Source: Candidatus Cloacimonadota bacterium (lineage in GTDB: Bacteria; Cloacimonadota; Cloacimonadia; Cloacimonadales; Cloacimonadaceae). From it: 32,909 nt of DNA. Of this stretch, positions 1 through 10,974 are shown piece after piece; position 1 is the stretch's first letter, and every line of letters starts with the position of its first letter. The position numbers were made by a program, and so were the translations under genes. Below the pieces are notes generated by a model. It did no database searches, was not told the origin of the DNA, and saw only the letters and a list, made by a program, of their open reading frames with translations. Where the stretch lies: assembly GCA_023230795.1 (NCBI GenBank), contig JALNWR010000001.1:1-32909 (forward strand), written 5' to 3'.

Positions 1-1560
1 AAAAGCAGCTTGCATGCGGATATGCCAATTTGGATTTATATCGTGAGCAGTTTGGAAGGTCTCCTGCAGTTCATCCGGAATCTCGGTGATATGTGCCACA
101 GAGCCGCTTTGACCCACTTCTTCCAGGAGTTCCTGAGTAAGCAGATTCCATTCTTCCAGACTTGCTTCAAACCATTTATTCACATAGAGCAGCTTTGCAT
201 CGTCCATCACGTTTTTCACGTAAACCAGAGAAAATTGAGGTTCGACTCCGCTGGATGTATCCGCGATCATGCTGATGGTGCCGGTGGGGGCGATGGTGGT
301 GAGAGTGGCATTACGAAGCCCATTTTCCTGAATGTCCCGGGCCAGCTTTTCCCAATCGCAGTATTTCCCTTCGCGATTAAGCTCGCCCTGGGCGTAAATG
401 CTCTGTTGGAAATTTGGGAAACTGCCCTTTTCCCGGGCCAGCTCCATGCTTCGGGTCTTGGCTTCAAAATCGATGAATTCCATCACTCGCTCTGCTAAAT
501 CCACCGCTTCCTGACTCATATACGGTATTTTAAGCTGATAAAGCAGGTCTGCCCAGCCCATCACACCAAGGCCGATCTTACGGTTTGACCTGGACATTTC
601 GGCAATAATCTGCAAAGGGTATGAGGATTGGTCTATCACGCAGTCCAAAAAGTCCACGCTGTCTCGCACCACTTCCCGCAGCCGAATCCAATTGATGTCA
701 TCTTCTACGGCCAGGGCAGCCAGGTTTATGGAGCCCAGATTGCAGGCTTCATTTGGCAAAAGCGGCTGCTCTCCACAGGGATTGGTGGATTCTATGTCCC
801 CCAAAGCCGGAGTGGGGTTTACCTGATTGATCCTGTCTAAAAATACTATGCCTGGTTCTCCATTTTTGTGGGCCATTTCCACAATGAGGTCAAATACCTT
901 GCCGGCATGGAGCTGTCCTGCTACTTTGCCGGTATGTGGGGAGATGAGATCATAGTCCTTGTCTTCGTTCATAGCGCGCATAAAATTCTCGGTAAGAGCT
1001 ACGCTGATATTAAAATTGGTCAGTTCCAGAGGATTCTTTTTACAGGTAATAAAATCCAGAATCTGGGGATGATCTACATTCAGGATAGCCATATTGGCGC
1101 CACGACGAGTACCGCCCTGCTTCACCGCATCTGTGGCGGAATTGAAGACCTTCATAAAGGAGATGGGCCCGCTGGATACGCCATTGGTAGAGCGCACGCG
1201 GGCATTGGCCTCTCTCAATCTGCTGAAGGAAAAGCCGGTGCCTCCGCCGCTTTTATGGATCAAAGCGGCGTTTTTCACGGTCTCAAAGATGCTTTCCATG
1301 CTATCCTCAATGGGCAGCACGAAACAGGCTGAAAGCTGTTGCAAATCCGCCCCGGCATTCATCAAAGTGGGAGAATTTGGTAAGAAATCTCCACTATCCA
1401 AGAGTGCGTAAAACTTCTCATACAGGGCTTTATCGCCATTGGCAATATTTTTGGAAACGCGCTCGACCAGAGCTTCCCAATCCTCGATAAAGTCACCTTT
1501 TTCGTCTTTTTTATAGTAGCGCTTTTGCAGTACTATCTGCGCATTTTCGCTTAAGTGCAT
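1..1560 (-). CDS. nrdJ: Class II (adenosylcobalamin-dependent) ribonucleotide reductase, first 520 codons; 3' end runs off the window
   Basis: Absent from the ORF track because it is open at the window edge. My translation of the minus strand from ATG 1560-1558 (AGGAGA upstream) has no stop down to base 1. It reads MHLSENAQIVLQKRYY...NSPTLMNAG...CFVLPIEDSM...GGGTGFSFSRLR...STNPCGEQPLLPNEACNLGSINL...TIAPTGTIS, which are RNR catalytic-core motifs. The + strand ORFs at 10-1411 are antisense artefacts. Confidence 0.85.
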   Translation of the reverse strand, partial: MHLSENAQIVLQKRYYKKDEKGDFIEDWEALVERVSKNIANGDKALYEKFYALLDSGDFLPNSPTLMNAGADLQQLSACFVLPIEDSMESIFETVKNAALIHKSGGGTGFSFSRLREANARVRSTNGVSSGPISFMKVFNSATDAVKQGGTRRGANMAILNVDHPQILDFITCKKNPLELTNFNISVALTENFMRAMNEDKDYDLISPHTGKVAGQLHAGKVFDLIVEMAHKNGEPGIVFLDRINQVNPTPALGDIESTNPCGEQPLLPNEACNLGSINLAALAVEDDINWIRLREVVRDSVDFLDCVIDQSSYPLQIIAEMSRSNRKIGLGVMGWADLLYQLKIPYMSQEAVDLAERVMEFIDFEAKTRSMELAREKGSFPNFQQSIYAQGELNREGKYCDWEKLARDIQENGLRNATLTTIAPTGTISMIADTSSGVEPQFSLVYVKNVMDDAKLLYVNKWFEASLEEWNLLTQELLEEVGQSGSVAHITEIPDELQETFQTAHDINPNWHIRMQAAF

Positions 1561-1569
1561 CAGCTCTCC

Positions 1570-2424
<855 letters not shown>

Positions 2425-2477
2425 TTATCAAACACATATTTTTCCGGTAAGACATATTATGCCACCGGGCATAAAGT

Positions 2478-3281
2478 TTATTCTACAAACCAGCTCTCGT
2501 ACAGCCGCACTCGTTTCAATGTGCTAAGGTCTGCGCCGAGAATTCTGCTGGCGATAGTGGCAAATTTATCTTCGTTATCACTTACAAAATAACTGTCTTT
2601 ACCGGGCTTGGCATCATGCTCTGCAGGCATTAGCTTTTTCAGATACTCGCCAATGGCATTGGCGCTATCCACCAGCTTCACCTTTTCGCCCAGGTATTCC
2701 TGGATCACGTGGGAAAGCAGGGGATAGTGAGTGCAGCCCAGCACCAGAGTGTCTATATCATTATCTTTCATAGGCTTTAGATATTCCTGCACGATCCTGA
2801 GCGCGATGGGATGATCCTGCCAGCCTTCTTCCACAATGGGAACGAAGAGGGGACAGGCCAGGGAAAAGACCTGTGCATTGGGCTCAAGGCTTTTGATCGC
2901 CTTGCTGTAAGCCTTGCTGCGGATGGTTCCTTCGGTTCCGATCACCCCGATCTTTTTGTTCTCAGTGGACCTTACGGCTATTTCACTGCCGGGATCTATC
3001 ACCCCGATAATGGGGATATTGCTAAGCTTGCTCAGATCAGGTATAGCCACAGAGGAAGAGGTATTGCAAGCCACGATGAGGGTCTTGATTCCTTGTTGCA
3101 AAAGAAATCTGGCATTTTGCACAGAGTATTCTATGATAGTATTCGGAGATTTTGGCCCATACGGCACTCTGGCGGTATCCCCGAAATAGATCAAATCCTG
3201 CTGGGGGAAAGCCTGACGTATCGCTTTAAAGACCGTAAGTCCACCCACTCCGGAATCAAATATCCCTATTGCTTGCTTCAT
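2478..3281 (-). CDS. murI: Glutamate racemase
   Basis: 267 aa with GIFDSGVGGLTV, the catalytic-Cys motifs VACNTSS and LGCTHYPLL. The ATG shares one base with the rnr stop (TAATG on the minus strand at 3279-3283). Confidence 0.93.
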   Translation of the reverse strand: MKQAIGIFDSGVGGLTVFKAIRQAFPQQDLIYFGDTARVPYGPKSPNTIIEYSVQNARFLLQQGIKTLIVACNTSSSVAIPDLSKLSNIPIIGVIDPGSEIAVRSTENKKIGVIGTEGTIRSKAYSKAIKSLEPNAQVFSLACPLFVPIVEEGWQDHPIALRIVQEYLKPMKDNDIDTLVLGCTHYPLLSHVIQEYLGEKVKLVDSANAIGEYLKKLMPAEHDAKPGKDSYFVSDNEDKFATIASRILGADLSTLKRVRLYESWFVE

Positions 3282-5569
3282 TATTTTTTCTTCCTGCTTT
3301 GCTTTCTTGTCTTATTGTCACTTTTTTTGCGGGCAGCTCTTACGTCAACCCTTATTCTTTTCTTGCCGTTTTTACTGCCTGTTGCAGCCGGCCTCTTGAT
3401 ATTGTGATAATGTGTGTGAGCATCAGGAGCATCGGTAAGCTCCAGGTAAACATCGTCGCTTACTTCCATGATCCTTACCTTCAGGCTGTCCATGAGCTCA
3501 AAAGACCGGTTGTTAGCGGGATTTACAAAGCGCATTTCCCGTTCGTGGAATTCCCACTTGCCTTTGCCAAATTGATCCTTTTTCAGCACAGCCGTCACCG
3601 GCATCTCGTTCAAACGCAGGAAAGCTGCAGAGCTATTGGCTGAGACCATCATGGCCGTAAACTCATCACCTATCCGATCTTTCATAAAGGTGGCGCTATA
3701 CACGCGCTCGATATCACGCTCGGATTGATCGGCCTGAAGTTCCTGTTCTGAAGCTACGCTGGCCCAATGCTTGATCTGTTCTTTGCTGATGTTTTCCTTA
3801 CTGGTTTTGCATATATAACGCTTGCACAGATGATGCACAGCCAGATCACAAAGCCGGCGGATGGGGCTGGTGAAGTGAGTGTAATCCTCCAAAGACAGGC
3901 CAAAATGGCGAATGTGCTCGGTGGTATATTTCGCCTTCTTCATGCTTCTGAGGATGATGCGATCAAAGACTCTGTGGTAGTCCTTATTGGGAAGCGAGTA
4001 TAAAAGATGTTGTATGCTTTTATTCAGGTTCTCTTTTTCTATATAGGATATTCCGTAGAAATCAAGCACGGTAGCCATACGCTCAATCTTCTGGCTATCA
4101 GGGTCTTCATGGATGCGAAATATTGTTGCCGGGGCACGCTTGGAGAGCTCTGTGGCCACATACTTATTAGCCACGAGCATAAAGTTTTCGATCAATTTAT
4201 GACTCTCGGTTTCTTCAGCCAGGCTGAGGCGATGCACAAAGCCATCCTCGTCATATTCATATTCGATGTCGGGCAGATCAAAGAAGATGTATCCTTCGTC
4301 TTTAGCCTTTATGGTGAGCTTTCTGGACAGCTTCCGGCCTTCTTGCAGTGCCTTTTTGAGGGTGGGGGAGAGTTGAGAGGGTTTGCCTTCAAAAAGATCA
4401 TCCACATCCTCATAAGCGAGACGGGCATCAGAGGATATCACGCTCTCATACAGCCGCTGTTTTTGCACCCGGCCGCTGAGGTCAAAATCAGTCTCAACCG
4501 TCATGCAAAGCTTATCTTCTCCAGGTCTGAGACTACAGATAAGATTCGAAAGCCGCTCCGGAATCATGGGAATCACCTTCTTGGGAAAGTAAAAGCTATT
4601 CCCCCGTTTGGCCGCCTCAGCAAAAGCAAGGCTATTTATTGGCAGATAATGTGCTACGTCTGCAATGTGAACCCAAAGTCTATAGCCCTTATCCAGCTTC
4701 TTGATAGAAATGGCATCATCAAAATCCTTGGCAGAAGCAGGATCTATCGTGAAGGTAAAAAGGCTTCTGAGGTCCAGACGCTTTGAGATATCGGCCTTTT
4801 GTGGATGCTCCGGCAGGCGGGATACTTCTTCTATCACCTCCTGAGGGAATTCCAGGGGCAGTTGATATTCACGGATCACTGCCAATAGCTCCACCTGAGG
4901 ATCGCCAGATTCGCCCAAAATCTCGGTGATCTTGCCCACCGGCATCTTGTTGCTAAGGGGATTGCCCCAGTTTGTAACGGTGAGTATAACCTTTTGCCCC
5001 GGCTGAGCATTGCCCAGATCACTGATCTCAAACCAGGTATGGATCTTGGGGTTTGACGCTACGAAGATCCAACGGTTTTGAACCTTTCCGACGCTTCCGG
5101 GGAGCATTTCATTGGCCCTTTTGACTATCCGCCTCACCACTCCACTTTCGCCCTGACGGCTGCGTTTACGGGCTTCAATAAGGACTTTGTCGTTATGATA
5201 GGCATTCAAGGTGTCTTCGCTATCTACGAAATAGTCATGTTCGGGAGTGCGCACAAAGGCAAAGGAGCGGTCCCGGGCCAAAGAGGTGGCGTCAAATGTG
5301 CCTTCGATGAGAGCCGAGCTCTGCTGTTGCAGCTTTTCCTGCTTCGGAGCTTCTTGAGCAGCTTCTCGTGGTGGCTTGCTGAGCCGGTAGCGTTTTCGTT
5401 CTTTGATGAGCTTTCCATCCAGTAGCATAGCCGCCAGGCTTTGGCTCACAGAGGATTTTGTCTTCTTGGTAGAGCCTGTTTCTGAGCATATCTCACTGTA
5501 GGTAAGACCTTTGGGGTAGTTTTTCGATAATATACTTGATATCTTATCTTTTATATTGTTGGTACTCAT
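3281..5569 (-). CDS. rnr: Ribonuclease R (RNB-family 3'-5' exoribonuclease)
   Basis: 762 aa. RNB motifs FTIDPASAKDFDDAISI and HFGL...YTHFTSPIRRLCDLAVH are present. There is a C-terminal S1-like segment and a Lys/Arg-rich tail. Confidence 0.92.
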   Translation of the reverse strand: MSTNNIKDKISSILSKNYPKGLTYSEICSETGSTKKTKSSVSQSLAAMLLDGKLIKERKRYRLSKPPREAAQEAPKQEKLQQQSSALIEGTFDATSLARDRSFAFVRTPEHDYFVDSEDTLNAYHNDKVLIEARKRSRQGESGVVRRIVKRANEMLPGSVGKVQNRWIFVASNPKIHTWFEISDLGNAQPGQKVILTVTNWGNPLSNKMPVGKITEILGESGDPQVELLAVIREYQLPLEFPQEVIEEVSRLPEHPQKADISKRLDLRSLFTFTIDPASAKDFDDAISIKKLDKGYRLWVHIADVAHYLPINSLAFAEAAKRGNSFYFPKKVIPMIPERLSNLICSLRPGEDKLCMTVETDFDLSGRVQKQRLYESVISSDARLAYEDVDDLFEGKPSQLSPTLKKALQEGRKLSRKLTIKAKDEGYIFFDLPDIEYEYDEDGFVHRLSLAEETESHKLIENFMLVANKYVATELSKRAPATIFRIHEDPDSQKIERMATVLDFYGISYIEKENLNKSIQHLLYSLPNKDYHRVFDRIILRSMKKAKYTTEHIRHFGLSLEDYTHFTSPIRRLCDLAVHHLCKRYICKTSKENISKEQIKHWASVASEQELQADQSERDIERVYSATFMKDRIGDEFTAMMVSANSSAAFLRLNEMPVTAVLKKDQFGKGKWEFHEREMRFVNPANNRSFELMDSLKVRIMEVSDDVYLELTDAPDAHTHYHNIKRPAATGSKNGKKRIRVDVRAARKKSDNKTRKQSRKKK

Positions 5570-5578
5570 ATTGTTCCT

Positions 5579-6016
5579 TTAATATTCTTTGCCGATTTTC
5601 TCTCTTAAGATCTCGAGCAGGGCCGGCAGTTCTGCTCCAGTTTTGGAAAAGCGCAGAGACTGACCTCTAAAAGGATCCAGTCTTCTGGGCACTTTAAATG
5701 TAGATAGCATTACTCCGCGTTTGTCCTTGTAAAAACATCCAAAATCTGTCCAGGGACGTCTAACTTTGAAGAATATGTAACGTATGCGGACTTCACGCTC
5801 GTAAAGTTCGTATTCTGTAATAATGAAGTAGGGGAGAAGGTTGCCTATTACCAAGACCCAGCCGGCTATATAGAAGAAAGGCATGCTCCACTGTACTATG
5901 GCCAGTCTATACAGAAAGAAATTCAGGAAAATGAGGAAGGCAACCAGCAGAGTCGAGCTCAAAGGACGTTCCACAAAAGGCCAAGATTTCCAGGAAAGCA
6001 GAGGTTTAGGCGACAT
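5579..6016 (-). CDS. Small membrane protein, function unknown (two predicted TM helices plus a soluble C-terminal domain)
   Basis: 145 aa. Hydrophobic segments LLVAFLIFLNFFLY and FFYIAGWVLVIGNLLPYFII. It is co-oriented with yicC and overlaps it by 11 nt. No family was recognised. Confidence 0.55.
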   Translation of the reverse strand: MSPKPLLSWKSWPFVERPLSSTLLVAFLIFLNFFLYRLAIVQWSMPFFYIAGWVLVIGNLLPYFIITEYELYEREVRIRYIFFKVRRPWTDFGCFYKDKRGVMLSTFKVPRRLDPFRGQSLRFSKTGAELPALLEILREKIGKEY

Positions 6017-6887
6017 TTTGCACTATCTCCCTGCACTTTTCTATCTCTTCTTTGATGATCAGTATATCGGGGAAAGTCTTGCTATTGGAGAATTTAGAGC
6101 CCAGAGTATTCGCCTCGCGCTGCATCTCTTGGCTGATGAAATTCAGGGTCTTCCCGATATCATCTTGTTTGGGTCGGTTCAAGGTGTCCAAAAAAGTGCT
6201 GATATGTGATTCCAGGCGACTCATCTCTTCCTGTATATCGTACTTATCAATATATATAGCAAGCTCTTGCACTATACGCTGCTCCATATTTTCCAGCTTG
6301 TAAGTGTTCACTATCTCGTGGCTGCGCTTCATCATATTGTTAAAGAGCTCTTCTTTGAAGGGATGGATTTGTTTACTGATGCGCTTGATAGCAGGCAGAA
6401 TCTGGTGCATGGAATTCATCAGAACCTCTTTGATATCCACGGCTTCCTTATACATAGAGCTTTGCAGGTTGTTCAAGGCTTCGCTTAAGGTTTCCTGCAA
6501 AATCTGCAGCATATCAGGGTCTTCATCCAGCTGATTTACGCTTTGGATCACACCCGGTTCTTCCAGGATATACTCCAAAGGGGGATCGCCCTTGATACCC
6601 AGTACTTTTTGGGCTTGCAAGATGATTTCATGGTATTTTCGCAATTTAGACTCGTTTAAGCGCACTTTAGGCTCTCGCAGGTCATTTGTATTGACCCTGA
6701 TCTCGATAGTGCCACGGCTGACGTATTTTGAAAGCTCTTTGCGGAGGGTGTGCTCAAAAAAGCTCAATTCACGAGGAACATAGGTTTTTAGATCCAGATA
6801 GCGGCCGTTCACACTTTTTATTTCAATGTCACATTCGATATTGCTTTGTGTTTTATGGCTTTTCCCAAAGCCGGTCATGCTTTTCAT
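6006..6887 (-). CDS. yicC: YicC-family stress-induced protein / endoribonuclease
   Basis: 293 aa. N-terminal MKSMTGFGKS and C-terminal DUF1732-type motif EMQREANTLGSK. Confidence 0.85.
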   Translation of the reverse strand: MKSMTGFGKSHKTQSNIECDIEIKSVNGRYLDLKTYVPRELSFFEHTLRKELSKYVSRGTIEIRVNTNDLREPKVRLNESKLRKYHEIILQAQKVLGIKGDPPLEYILEEPGVIQSVNQLDEDPDMLQILQETLSEALNNLQSSMYKEAVDIKEVLMNSMHQILPAIKRISKQIHPFKEELFNNMMKRSHEIVNTYKLENMEQRIVQELAIYIDKYDIQEEMSRLESHISTFLDTLNRPKQDDIGKTLNFISQEMQREANTLGSKFSNSKTFPDILIIKEEIEKCREIVQNVA

Positions 6888-6995
6888 ATAGTCTCCAATA
6901 CTTTAGATGGGGAAGATGCAAGTATCTGCACCTGAGGACGATGCCTGGATGCCGGCAAGTTTACATAACATGCCTTAAGGCGACAAGTATATATC

Positions 6996-8276
6996 TTACT
7001 CACAGATCAGTGTCCCCGCTGTCGCAGCAATAACTTTTGCCCGTACCAAAGTTCCAATCTGAGATCGATCGCCGTCTAAAACCGCTATTTTGAAATCTCT
7101 GGTCTTGCCTGATACCTGGCGCATACTTTTTTTACTAAAGCTTTCCACATAGACTTCGACTTCCTTTCCGATCTGAGCGCGGAATTTATTGAGTGTGATT
7201 TCTCGCTGCAGTTCGATCATGGTTTGCAATCTGCTCAGGCGAAGCTCTTCCGGAAGCTGATCCTGATATTTGGCCGCAGCAGTTCCTTCCCGCTCACTGT
7301 ATTTAAAACAAAATGCATAATCAAATTCGATTTCACGCATTGCTGACAAGGTAGCTTCAAAATGCTCCTGGGTTTCACCCGGAAAACCTGCAATAAGGTC
7401 TGTAGTGATAGCGATGTCTTTTGAGGCTGCCCTGAGGGCTTTTACCCGGTTTAGATACTGCTCATAAGTGTAAGAGCGGTTCATGCGTATCAGGCTGGCA
7501 TTGCTGCCGCTTTGCATGGGTAAATGTATATGCTCGCATAGCTTACCGCCATCTCCCATTACCTGAACCAGATCGTCGGAAAGGTCTTTGGGATGAGAGG
7601 TCACAAAGCGCAGCCTGTATAGCTCCGGCACATCCTCCTGCAGTCTTTTCAGCAAGGCCGGAAAGCTTAAATCCTTCCAGTGATATGAATTCACGTTTTG
7701 CCCCAGCAGAGTGACGTCCTTCATGTTTCGTTTCACTGCACTTTGCAGATCCTGCAAAATATCCTCATAAGGACGGCTGCGTTCTCTGCCGCGCACGTAT
7801 GGAACTATACAGTATGAACAGTAATTGTTACAACCCCGCATGATGGTTACAAATGCGCAATGTTCACCCTGATGTACAGGCAGCAGATGCTGATAATTTT
7901 CGTTTGTATCAAAATCCAGCAAGCAGCCCTGATTCTGCTCCAGGAGGCGGGGCAGGGCCTTGTATTGATCTACTCCCACGGCATAATCTATCCCCAGGTC
8001 TTCCCTTATCAGCCTCTCCCCTATCCTCTGTGCCATGCAGCCCAACAGCACTATCTTCAGCTCTGGTTTGCTCTTTTTCCGATGCCGCTCGTTTGAGATT
8101 CTACCCAAAACTCTCTGCTCTGCATGCTCGCGCACCGAACAGGTATTAAAGAGCAGAATGTCTGCAGCATCAATGTCTTGAACATATTTGTAACCGGCAT
8201 CGTTCAGGATACAGATGATGAGCTCAGTATCCGCTACATTCATCTGACAGCCGTAGGTTTCTATATAGTATTTCAA
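6996..8276 (-). CDS. miaB: tRNA-i6A37 methylthiotransferase (MiaB-type radical SAM MTTase)
   Basis: 426 aa. UPF0004 motif ETYGCQMN, radical-SAM motif RGCNNYCSYCIVPYVRGRERSR, and LLGQNVNSY, followed by a TRAM-like C-terminus. The start codon is TTG (8276-8274) and overlaps the upstream TGA (TTGA). Confidence 0.88.
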   Translation of the reverse strand: MKYYIETYGCQMNVADTELIICILNDAGYKYVQDIDAADILLFNTCSVREHAEQRVLGRISNERHRKKSKPELKIVLLGCMAQRIGERLIREDLGIDYAVGVDQYKALPRLLEQNQGCLLDFDTNENYQHLLPVHQGEHCAFVTIMRGCNNYCSYCIVPYVRGRERSRPYEDILQDLQSAVKRNMKDVTLLGQNVNSYHWKDLSFPALLKRLQEDVPELYRLRFVTSHPKDLSDDLVQVMGDGGKLCEHIHLPMQSGSNASLIRMNRSYTYEQYLNRVKALRAASKDIAITTDLIAGFPGETQEHFEATLSAMREIEFDYAFCFKYSEREGTAAAKYQDQLPEELRLSRLQTMIELQREITLNKFRAQIGKEVEVYVESFSKKSMRQVSGKTRDFKIAVLDGDRSQIGTLVRAKVIAATAGTLICE

Positions 8277-9037
8277 AAGTTCGCCTTTTTGGTGAGTGAG
8301 CGCAGCTCTGGAGCAAGGCTCAGGATCATGCTGATCACATCCGGGCTCACGGTTTGACTTGCATCACAAATGCTATCTTTGGGATTCAATTGAGATTCTA
8401 TCATCAGGCCATCTGCTCCGGCGGCGATAGCGGCCAAAGCCAGAGATGGCACCAAAGTCCGATCTCCCGCGGCATGAGAAGGATCGATAATGATGGGAAG
8501 TTTGCTTTTACTCTTTATCATCGCTATAGCCGAAATATCCAGCGTATAACGTGTTTCCCGCTCAAAGGTGCGGATGCCGCGCTCACATAGGATCACGCGC
8601 TCGTTTCCGCTTTCCATGATGTATTCTGCTGCTGCCAGCCATTCATCATAGGTTGCCGCGATTCCGCGTTTGAGAATCACCGGTTTATCTATCTTACCCA
8701 GTAGCTCCAGCAGCGGGTAATTGTGCATATTTCGGGTACCCACCACCAGGATGTCTATATGCTTTGCCATATATTCCACCTTATCGGTCTGGGTCACTTC
8801 AGATACTGTGATTAGTCCGAGCTCATTGCCCACTTGGGCCATGTGCATGATGCCGACGTCCCCCAAGCCGCGGAAGCTATGAATTGAGGTTCGGAGTTTA
8901 TACGCTCCTCCCCGCAACATAGTGATACCACGCGCTTTGAGGTCTTTTGCGGTCTCGTAAAGGCTTTCATAATCTTCTATCGAACAGGGCCCGGCGATCA
9001 CCTTAAAATCGTCTACCCCAAAAGTTAATTCATTCAT
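8273..9037 (-). CDS. aroF: 3-deoxy-7-phosphoheptulonate (DAHP) synthase, type I-beta
   Basis: VIAGPCSIE...MLRGGAYKLRTSIHSFRGLG...VILKRG...ILCERGIRTFE...IIDPSHAAG...GADGLMIE matches the DAHPS I-beta pattern, not KdsA. The likely start is MNELTF at 9037, in an ATGA overlap with the upstream stop. The track ORF extends to 9079. Confidence 0.82.
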   Translation of the reverse strand: MNELTFGVDDFKVIAGPCSIEDYESLYETAKDLKARGITMLRGGAYKLRTSIHSFRGLGDVGIMHMAQVGNELGLITVSEVTQTDKVEYMAKHIDILVVGTRNMHNYPLLELLGKIDKPVILKRGIAATYDEWLAAAEYIMESGNERVILCERGIRTFERETRYTLDISAIAMIKSKSKLPIIIDPSHAAGDRTLVPSLALAAIAAGADGLMIESQLNPKDSICDASQTVSPDVISMILSLAPELRSLTKKANF

Positions 9038-10965
9038 TTTATCCACTTTGCATATCCTATAGATATTCCATCGTTGCATACCATAAAATTCCAGCAGTCA
9101 TATCTGTCCAGCAATTGCTCCATTACCAATGCTGCCATGTGTATGGAAGACAGTTCGAATTCACTGTTCATCAGGTACTTATATTCTTTCGTGTCCTCGC
9201 TTTCAAGCGCGGATTTAAATTCTACTATTTCGCTGTGACCGATAACAAGCTCTGTGCTGCTTAGAATCTGTCGGTAATTCATCTTCTTCAGAACTCTGGC
9301 CAGCACAGTAGCTGTAAGTCCCACTGCGATGATATTGACGTTTTGCATATCGGGTAGATCCGCAAAGTCCTGGCGCACTTTTAGGATAGCAGAATTACCT
9401 GCCGCTTCTTCCCGCAAAAGGCTTTGCAGACCAAAATTCAGGGAAATGCCCAGAATCTTTTCTTTTGCACCCAACCAGGCGATTTCGGTGCTGGCTCCTC
9501 CAATGTCTATTACGACGTTGGTTTTCCCCTGCTGCATCCAAGGCAGAGCCGCCTGCCAGGCATAATTCATCTCGGTTTTTGCGCTGATAACCTTGGTTTT
9601 GTAATGATATTCTTTTTTGATGCGATTCAGCAGCTCAGAGGCGTTTTTGGCCTGCCTGTTCACACCGGTGGCAATGAGATACTTTTCTGAATGTATACAT
9701 TGATCTCTGTTTAAAATTTCTGCGATGGCAAAAAATGCTCGCACCAGGCTTCGTGCCGAGAGCAAGCCATCTGATATATCTTTTCCCAGATAGGTACTGC
9801 ACCAGGTGCGATAGATCAGCTCTTCCCTGCTCTTATTGTAAAGCAGATAATTCATATTGTTTGAGCCCAGATCGCACACGCTGATCAGCCTGTCTTCGGG
9901 GTACTTTATTTTGAGATATTCGGATAGCATCTTTCCTGCCAGCTCGCTATTGGATGTTTCCTGCTCATAATCCCCATGCGGGACTTTGGCAAAAAGCTCT
10001 CTGATCTTCTGAATATCCTGCGGAAAGTCTTCCACTATCACCGCCGGAGGATAGTCCTTTATCCCTTCCAATAAAACTTCTTCTTCGGGGTAGTTTTTGC
10101 GGGGAACACAAATCATGGATTTGCCCAGCGCAAGTATCTCCGAGAATGTGCTATAACCCGGCTTGCAGATAATGAGGTCGGCTGTATAGATCAGACTCAA
10201 AAAGTCTTCATCCGGTGAAACCCAGATCAGATTGCCGATATCAGTGGCCTGATAGGGAGTCATTACCACCCCGTCCCAAGCTTTACAGATCTCAGATACA
10301 GGCAGGTCTATAGTTCCTTCTCCACCAAAGATCATCAGCAAAATAGGCTCGTCATCGGCGATGTCATATTCATGACGTATGTCTTTGATCACATTCTTTT
10401 CCCGGCTCAGGAGTCCCCCATGCGCCGGGTTCTTAAATCCTGGTACGCTATCTATGCTGCCCAGATCGAGCAGATAGCTTTTGTCCATCCTGCGATACAA
10501 GCTCCAGATGGTATTTATCACCGGAAGCATCTCCTCATCTTCCGCGAAGATTGCTTTGTAGATAAAAGCCCAATCAAAATTTGAAACTCCGAAGACCGGA
10601 ACCCCGGCATAACCGCAAGCTTCTACTATAAAGAAGGGGATATCGGCTACTACCAGATCGATATTCTCCTGGCGCAGGAATTCCACTTCCCGTGCTACTA
10701 TCTCTTCTCTCTGGCTAAAAAGCCGCAGCAATTCAAGCTTGGTCGCAGGCAAATCTGTAACCAGATTCTCTGCATGCACCACTCCCCCATCGATGCAGAC
10801 TTCCCGATATTGATAGTCTTCATCCTTCAGCTCTTGAAAGAGAAACTGCGGACGGTCTGTACACAGATATACATAGATGCCAAAGCGGATGAAACTATCG
10901 GCCAGAGCGGCTATTCGAGTGGCATGGCCAAAGCCGTGACCGGATGCGTAAAGCGCTATCTTCAT
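9034..10965 (-). CDS. Fusion protein: N-terminal GT-B-like domain (GHGFGHATR type) plus C-terminal Ppx/GppA-family ASKHA domain
   Basis: 643 aa. Residues ~1-340 carry SGHGFGHATR, NFDWAFIY, CKPGYSTFSEIL and VPRKNYPEEE. Residues ~355-643 carry the Ppx/GppA motifs CDLGSNNMNYLL, ATGVNRQAKNA, VISAKTEMNYAW and VVIDIGGASTEIA. Confidence 0.7.
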   Translation of the reverse strand: MKIALYASGHGFGHATRIAALADSFIRFGIYVYLCTDRPQFLFQELKDEDYQYREVCIDGGVVHAENLVTDLPATKLELLRLFSQREEIVAREVEFLRQENIDLVVADIPFFIVEACGYAGVPVFGVSNFDWAFIYKAIFAEDEEMLPVINTIWSLYRRMDKSYLLDLGSIDSVPGFKNPAHGGLLSREKNVIKDIRHEYDIADDEPILLMIFGGEGTIDLPVSEICKAWDGVVMTPYQATDIGNLIWVSPDEDFLSLIYTADLIICKPGYSTFSEILALGKSMICVPRKNYPEEEVLLEGIKDYPPAVIVEDFPQDIQKIRELFAKVPHGDYEQETSNSELAGKMLSEYLKIKYPEDRLISVCDLGSNNMNYLLYNKSREELIYRTWCSTYLGKDISDGLLSARSLVRAFFAIAEILNRDQCIHSEKYLIATGVNRQAKNASELLNRIKKEYHYKTKVISAKTEMNYAWQAALPWMQQGKTNVVIDIGGASTEIAWLGAKEKILGISLNFGLQSLLREEAAGNSAILKVRQDFADLPDMQNVNIIAVGLTATVLARVLKKMNYRQILSSTELVIGHSEIVEFKSALESEDTKEYKYLMNSEFELSSIHMAALVMEQLLDRYDCWNFMVCNDGISIGYAKWIK

Positions 10966-10974
10966 GTTTTTGTC

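Noticed and set aside
10-1411. Four + strand ORFs (10-498, 628-840, 868-1332, 1094-1411) offered by the ORF track
   Set aside because: They are antisense to a stop-free minus-strand frame with clear ribonucleotide reductase motifs. Their own translations are low-complexity and have no recognisable family.
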